A stretch of DNA of 64,000 nt from a bacterium (GTDB lineage: Bacteria > Zhuqueibacterota > Zhuqueibacteria > Residuimicrobiales > Krinioviventaceae): assembly GCA_963693055.1 (NCBI GenBank), contig OY843751.1, positions 6,112,001-6,176,000 of the forward strand, read 5' to 3'. The notes under the pieces are model-generated. The model did no database searches and was not told the origin of the DNA. It saw only the letters and a program-made list of their open reading frames with translations. Within the stretch, counting starts at the first letter, position 1; each line of letters starts with the position of its first letter. The position numbers and the translations under genes were made by a program. Positions 58,518 to 64,000 of this stretch are shown piece after piece.

Positions 58518-58595
58518 ATGAATAAATGTTCTAATCTTAAAAACAACCTACCGGAAATATTTCCTAAACGTAAATAACAAAACGAGGATACGAGC

Positions 58596-59456
58596 ATGAA
58601 AACACTGGACCGAAGAACGTTTATCAAGACAGCAGCCGTTACCACAGGAATTGCAGGACTTTCCTGTAAGAAGAAAGAACAGACGGTTTTGCCCAAATCA
58701 TCACTGCCATCGCGTAAAATTGGTGAGTTGGATGTAAGTCGTATGATTTTGGGTGGAAATCCCTTTAGCGGAATCTCGCACGGGGAACCGTTGGTCTATA
58801 CCAACAACCTGTTCAAGCAGTATTTGACTCATGAAAAGATTGTTGAGGTTATGCGGCTGTCTGTTGCCGGGGGAATCAATACTTTTTTGGGGCGGGTGGA
58901 CGACAATACCATTGGTTTTTTGAAAAAATACAAGCAAGAAACCGGCACTATGTTGCCGTGGCTTGCGCAAACGTCTGCAAAGCCGCATAGGGGAGCAACG
59001 TTTGCGGATATACGTGAAAATATAAAATGGGCGGTGGACAATGGCGCTACGGGTGTATATATTCAGGGCGAGTCTGCGGATTATTACGTGCGGGAAAATA
59101 GAATAAAGGATATTGTAGAGCACCTGGCATATATACGTGAGCTGGGGGCAATAACCGGTGTGGGCGCGCACGATTACCGAACCGTTGCGGCATGCGAAGA
59201 CGCGGGTTTAGTACCCGATTTTTACATGAAAACCCTGAACCCGCTGGAATACTTTTGTCCCGATTATGAGGACACGTTAAAAGTAATGGCGCAGGTAAAG
59301 GTTCCGTGGATTGCATTCAAAGTGCTTGCAGCGGGACGTATAAAACCCAAAGAAGGATTTAAACAGGCGCTTGATGCCGGTGCAGATTTTCTCTGTGTGG
59401 GGATGTTTGATTTTCAGGTAGATGAGAATTTGGAACTGTTTCGGGCATTGATATAA
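58596..59456 (+). CDS. Tat-signal protein, aldo/keto-reductase-like TIM barrel
   Basis: DRRTFIK twin-arginine motif; VSRMILGGNP and PWIAFKVLAAG motifs. Confidence 0.75.
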   Translation: MKTLDRRTFIKTAAVTTGIAGLSCKKKEQTVLPKSSLPSRKIGELDVSRMILGGNPFSGISHGEPLVYTNNLFKQYLTHEKIVEVMRLSVAGGINTFLGRVDDNTIGFLKKYKQETGTMLPWLAQTSAKPHRGATFADIRENIKWAVDNGATGVYIQGESADYYVRENRIKDIVEHLAYIRELGAITGVGAHDYRTVAACEDAGLVPDFYMKTLNPLEYFCPDYEDTLKVMAQVKVPWIAFKVLAAGRIKPKEGFKQALDAGADFLCVGMFDFQVDENLELFRALI

Positions 59457-60167
59457 GGGTATGTTTTCTTAACCACAGATTTGCAAAAAAATGCCGGATG
59501 TGAAATATTGCCCGGCACCTCTGAGGTGCCGGGCATATTTGTAGGTGGAATATCATATAGGGACATTCGTCCATCTTGCTCGTACCCAAACTCCTGTTTG
59601 GGAGCGTATTCATCCTTTTGCGTTTTGAGATGAATAAAATCCTGCTTGACAAAGACGAAAATTTTTGCAATTTTATGACAGGTGCTGAAATTATAAATCA
59701 GCGCTTCACGGGGAAGTACTGAACGTGTTCTATTTTGACTCATTTGCAAAGGGGAGTATGTGGTTCTTCATAAACCTCTTTTTTGGGCATTAATTTTCAG
59801 ATATAATAAGGCTACATCTGCAACAAAAGAGATAATGGGAAAAAGCATTGAAGACAAAATTGATAATATAAATTTCTCAATAACTTATTTGTTCTAAACA
59901 TTGCAAGGGAGCGTAAAAGAAATGATAATAGGGTGCCAGTGAAAAGCAATAGTATTATCAGTTATGGAATTGTCTCGGTTTCCACGGATTTGCCAGGCAC
60001 ATTCAAAGTACAGGGCAACTTAATTTATCGATCATGATGTAGCTCCCTGAATTATGATCCATATTTGGTTTTAATAGTTTTCATTATCAGGATGAATGTT
60101 TTGGGCGAGAAACCGATCTACATTCGTCAGCATGGGGATGTCTGGAGATTAAGTAAAGGAGCAGGAA

Positions 60168-60833
60168 ATGAAAAAAATGACATTGATCATTCTATTACTG
60201 GTCATGACCTCACATCAGAGTATGGCTAAAAATAGTTGGGGCTTGTCAGCAGGTGTAAACATGTCTCGGTTTTCGGATGTATCTTCAGAGCTTAAACCGG
60301 GCTTTCATTTAGGCCTTGTGCGCGAACGGATGCTGAACGACAATTCTGCTCTAGAGTATGGATTGATCGCTACCAGCAAACGGACACTTTTGAAAGAAAA
60401 GACGAGAGGATGGGCAGGTTGGGGTAATGACGTATTTCTCTGGGATATTGATGTAAATATAATTTATCTGCAATTACCTATCCTTTACAAAAAATATCTT
60501 CCTGTATACAATGATCAAATCTTTTTTTCAGTGGGGCCTGTTTTTTCGTTAGGTGTTTCGGATCAAAGCCAGAATAATCAGGTTAGATTTTTATATCGTG
60601 ATTCAGGTGCTTTTAATAGTAAATTTGATTATACTGTTCTTTATGAAAATGAATTGTTTTATCCTGTATTGAACTCGTCCGTTGGATTTGAAGCAAGCGT
60701 TGGTGTGAAATTAAAACATATCGCCTTAAAGTTGTTTGGAAATTATGACTTTACCCGGGTAACTGAGATAGCAGAAACATCAATTAAAAAGAAATTTATG
60801 ACATTTGGAATTTTGATGACTAGATATTTTTAG
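60168..60833 (+). CDS. Outer-membrane beta-barrel (porin-family) protein
   Basis: AAGGAG RBS; signal peptide; GLSAGVN.S, PGFHLG and YLQLPIL motifs; C-terminal F. Confidence 0.82.
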   Translation: MKKMTLIILLLVMTSHQSMAKNSWGLSAGVNMSRFSDVSSELKPGFHLGLVRERMLNDNSALEYGLIATSKRTLLKEKTRGWAGWGNDVFLWDIDVNIIYLQLPILYKKYLPVYNDQIFFSVGPVFSLGVSDQSQNNQVRFLYRDSGAFNSKFDYTVLYENELFYPVLNSSVGFEASVGVKLKHIALKLFGNYDFTRVTEIAETSIKKKFMTFGILMTRYF

Positions 60834-61185
60834 CAGAGGAATGTATTAAAAATATGATTGCGTTAAAAAAGCGATTTTTTTTTGTTATGATATTAATTCA
60901 GTCCCTACAAAGCACACGTAAAAGTAAAAGCCGATTGCTGAGTACGAGTCCACCATGGCGGACTCGTGTATCGAAGCACCAGCGTTTGCATCGTGAAAAT
61001 TGGAGCTCCCACGGATAACATGGCTAGGCACGAAAATTTAAGATACAAAGATATGCCCGGCACCTCCGAGGTGCCGGGCAAGTTTGCTGTTATTGATCGT
61101 GATGCAAACCCTGTTATCACGGAACATCTTGCACGTTATCGAACTCCTGTTAGGGAACACAATGAATTTTGTATTTAGGATTACT

Positions 61186-61887
61186 ATGAAAAAGATATTA
61201 TTTTTACTGGTTTTGATTCTGGCAGCTTTACCCACTATTACTGCGGCTGCCAGCGCAAGTCTGGTTTTGGGAACAGGTTACAATTACTTGAGTGACACGA
61301 ATGCTAAATCCGGATGGGCACCCACGTTTGGATTTCATTTTTACATTCCTTCGGATGAAAATGTGGGGATCCATATTGGTGTATTGTGGGATAGAAAAAA
61401 AGGAGTAATCAACGATCAGATTTTAGGGAGCACCTATACCGGCCCGGTATATATGAGTGATATCACCTATGATATCACATTCTTTGAGATTAATACCCAA
61501 ATTCGATATATATTGAATCAATATAAAGCCATGCATTGGATTATTCAAACAGGTCCGGCTGTAAAAATCGGGATGCGTGACAACAGCAGCATCACAAATA
61601 AAGCATTTATCCGGGATATTGCTGATTTGGCAGAATGGGATGAATTGAATTATGATTATAAATACGCAACCGGCGATGTTAGTTCAACTCCTTACATCCT
61701 CAAAAGCTCTGGTTTTGCGTGGAATTTTGCTATGGGGTTGAATGTGCCCAGGGTTGAATTTCTGGTCCAATATTCCATGCATTTTTTTGATATCCATACC
61801 CTTGATCGGGCCGAGTTGGATACCAAGATGAATACCCTGACATTGATGATGAGTGTAGATCTAGGCATTATTTTAAAACCCCAATAA
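61186..61887 (+). CDS. Outer-membrane beta-barrel (porin-family) protein, distant paralog of 60168..60833
   Basis: AGGA RBS and MKKILFLLV signal peptide; amphipathic strands with a similar layout to the upstream gene. Confidence 0.75.
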   Translation: MKKILFLLVLILAALPTITAAASASLVLGTGYNYLSDTNAKSGWAPTFGFHFYIPSDENVGIHIGVLWDRKKGVINDQILGSTYTGPVYMSDITYDITFFEINTQIRYILNQYKAMHWIIQTGPAVKIGMRDNSSITNKAFIRDIADLAEWDELNYDYKYATGDVSSTPYILKSSGFAWNFAMGLNVPRVEFLVQYSMHFFDIHTLDRAELDTKMNTLTLMMSVDLGIILKPQ

Positions 61888-62289
61888 TCTGCTTTGTTTT
61901 AAAACCGAAAAAGTAGTTTCCCACGAAATACACAAAAAAGTGGGAAGCGACGATTTGCCCGGCACCTCGGAGGTGCCGGGCTAGTTTGCTGTTATTGATC
62001 GTGATGCAGATCCCTGCATCACAGAATATCATATAGGGATATTCGTCCCATATTGCTCGTATCCAAACTCCTGTTTGAATACGCTATGAACAGTATCCCA
62101 CGAAACAGTCAAAAAAGCATAAAGCCGGTTGCAGAGTGCGAGACCGCGAAAAGGGACGAGTGTATTAAAGCACTGGTAACTCTAATCCCGTTGACAGGGG
62201 ATCAAAAGTTACCCCAATTTTAATCTTTTGAAATCCCCCCAAAAAGCTGTAAATTCAACAACAAACCTTGATAACGATCATAATAATAT

Positions 62290-63738
62290 ATGGAACACGA
62301 TATGATACGATGCCTCCGCAATGCTGTGGTTATATTTTTAGTTACCCAAACGGTTATTTTTTCGCAAACGGTTACCCCAAATTCTGAACTGTATCAACGA
62401 TTACAAACAGCGCTTGACAGTTTACAATCCGTTGAAGGATATACCGGGCTGTCTGCCGCTGTTGAATTCGCAGATGGTACCTGCTGGCAGGGTACAGCCG
62501 GAACCGCCAATACATCTGCCAATACCGCAGTAGAACCCGATATGCTTTTCAGCGCGGCCAGCATTACCAAAACATTTACCGCATCATTGATTTTGCAACT
62601 CATGGATCAGGGATTACTGGGTCTTGACGATACCCTTTCAGACTGGCTGCCTGATTATGACAATATTGATAATAGCATTACCATCCGTCAAATGTTGAAC
62701 CACAGCAGCGGATTATACGAGTATAGCGATAATCTCAATGGCCAGCTTGCGGTTTTAATGCATCCCGATCAATACTGGTCTCCGGAAGAAATCTTGTCGC
62801 TTGTTCTAGAGCCCTATTTTGAGCCCGGAACCGATTACCACTATTCTAACACCAATTATATTCTGCTTGGAATGATTGCATGCAAAGCCCTGCAGGTGGA
62901 TTCGCTGGAAAACGAATACACCTCTCGTTTTTTTAACACCTGCGGATTGCCACGCACGTTTTTGGATGTTGAGCAGGATATTCCGGATACCTGTGTAATT
63001 GCCAACGGCTATATGGATCTGAATAATGATGGCGTTCTGGATGATTTGGGAGCATTCCCCCGTACAGCCATTTACAGCGCGGCATGGACTGCCGGAGCTA
63101 TTGTCTCCACATCAAGAGACCTGGCGCATTGGGGTCAATGCCTGTACCGCGGAGAGATTTTGTCGCCAGTGCTGCTGGATACCATGCTCAACAGCAGACC
63201 CATTGACGCACAATCCGGATTAGCTGAAAATTATGGTTTGGGCGTTATGCTCTATACTTTTAACAGTCATACATTTTACGGCCACACCGGCCATATTCCC
63301 GGTTATGCCTCGCAGTTGGTGTATTCCCCGGAAATGGATTTTTCCGTGTGTATACTCAACAACGATCATTTTGCCAACTTGTCGCCCGTAACCCGTACCC
63401 TGACCGGATTACTGATTGATCAGGCAACAGACATTGCAGAACCTAAGGAGCTGATTGCAAGCGGTTTTGATCTTGCTGGATGTTATCCCAATCCTTTTAA
63501 CAGCCGTACTGTCGTCCGCTATAATGTGGACCATAATTCACAAATAGCTGTAAGGATTTTTGATGTTTCCGGCAGACAGGTTGTGACCCTGACGGAAGGA
63601 TATCACACAGCCGGTGAATATGAACAGATTTGGGATGGTCGGGATGATAGCGGTTCCCCTGTATCATCGGGCATCTATTTCTGTCAGTTGCATAGCAAAG
63701 CGGGAACCCAAACGCTAAAGCTGACGTTAATAAAATAA
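62290..63738 (+). CDS. Serine hydrolase (beta-lactamase/D-Ala-peptidase S12 family) with FlgD/T9SS-type C-terminal domain
   Basis: SITK, YSNTNY and GHTG catalytic motifs; YPNPFN...WDG.D..G..VSSGIY C-terminal domain. Confidence 0.92.
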   Translation: MEHDMIRCLRNAVVIFLVTQTVIFSQTVTPNSELYQRLQTALDSLQSVEGYTGLSAAVEFADGTCWQGTAGTANTSANTAVEPDMLFSAASITKTFTASLILQLMDQGLLGLDDTLSDWLPDYDNIDNSITIRQMLNHSSGLYEYSDNLNGQLAVLMHPDQYWSPEEILSLVLEPYFEPGTDYHYSNTNYILLGMIACKALQVDSLENEYTSRFFNTCGLPRTFLDVEQDIPDTCVIANGYMDLNNDGVLDDLGAFPRTAIYSAAWTAGAIVSTSRDLAHWGQCLYRGEILSPVLLDTMLNSRPIDAQSGLAENYGLGVMLYTFNSHTFYGHTGHIPGYASQLVYSPEMDFSVCILNNDHFANLSPVTRTLTGLLIDQATDIAEPKELIASGFDLAGCYPNPFNSRTVVRYNVDHNSQIAVRIFDVSGRQVVTLTEGYHTAGEYEQIWDGRDDSGSPVSSGIYFCQLHSKAGTQTLKLTLIK

Positions 63739-63776
63739 GTGAATGTATTACAGGCCAGGTATTTGAGGGTATTATC

Positions 63777-64000
63777 ATGAAAAAGAATGTTTTATTTTTT
63801 TTGTTGTTCTTGCTGTTTTTTTCCTGTTCAACCAGCAAAAATCCTATGAATCCTGTAGGGGCGGAACCGGAAAAGATAGATTTCTCACAGTTAGAGATCC
63901 ATTATCGGATTGTGAACGGGTGGTCAAGTTCATATACACTTGATATGTATTCGGATGGATCGGTCATTGCCAAAGAATTGCAACATGCAAATTCTCAGAA
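63777..64000 (+). CDS. Lipoprotein, N-terminal part (runs off the window)
   Basis: GAGG RBS; MKKNVLFFLLFLLFFSC lipobox; frame open to the window end. Confidence 0.7.
   Translation, partial: MKKNVLFFLLFLLFFSCSTSKNPMNPVGAEPEKIDFSQLEIHYRIVNGWSSSYTLDMYSDGSVIAKELQHANSQ

Larger units (their letters stand above)
56692..58564 (+). mobile_element. Candidate novel IS-like element (1873 bp) encoding two DUF1670-like proteins
   Basis: 20-bp terminal IRs, 18/20 identical (GGAAAATTTTCCGGTAGGTT and GGAAATATTTCCGGTAGGTT); TAA at 56689-56691 and 58565-58567. Confidence 0.8.
59509..62173. repeat. Intergenic mosaic repeats built on the TGCCCGGCACCTC-N-GAGGTGCCGGGC palindrome
   Basis: Copies at 59509-59535, 61054-61080 and 61956-61981, plus a degenerate copy at about 59990-60018. 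Flanking modules are also shared (see findings). Confidence 0.9.

Noticed and set aside
59680-59720. Cobalamin-riboswitch-like start (AGGTGC...GGGGAAG)
   Set aside because: Only a short hairpin; the downstream core and B12 box are absent and no B12-related gene follows.
59509-61981. Repeated 27-bp palindromes as a CRISPR array
   Set aside because: Copies are about 0.5-1 kb apart and separated by whole genes; no regular spacers and no cas genes.
59509-62173. Integron attC sites
   Set aside because: No RYYYAAC...GTTRRRY boundaries at gene ends and no integron integrase in the window.

Overview
64 kb of AT-rich bacterial chromosome. Many secreted proteins end in an NPFNP/FlgD-Ig-like (T9SS-type) C-terminal sorting domain and a PorV-family gene is present, which suggests an FCB-group organism such as KSB1 or Calditrichota (inference). 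Contents: sugar oxidoreductase and glycosidase genes, an SSS transporter, a selenoprotein selD with in-frame UGA and a SECIS-like hairpin, a sigma54 module, arrays of paralogous outer-membrane beta-barrel genes, rlmD, a TrmH-family methyltransferase, an Omp85 cluster, two toxin-antitoxin-like pairs and three conventional IS elements (IS256, IS5, IS4). The IS4 copy splits a large secreted protein and has a clean 9-bp target duplication. The most notable feature is a 1,873-bp element at 56692-58564. It has 20-bp terminal inverted repeats, TAA on both flanks and a 3' stem-loop, but encodes only two paralogous DUF1670-like proteins and no recognisable DDE, HUH or serine transposase. It is a candidate new type of insertion element. 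All family assignments come from motif recognition by eye, not from database searches. No rRNA, tRNA or CRISPR array was seen.
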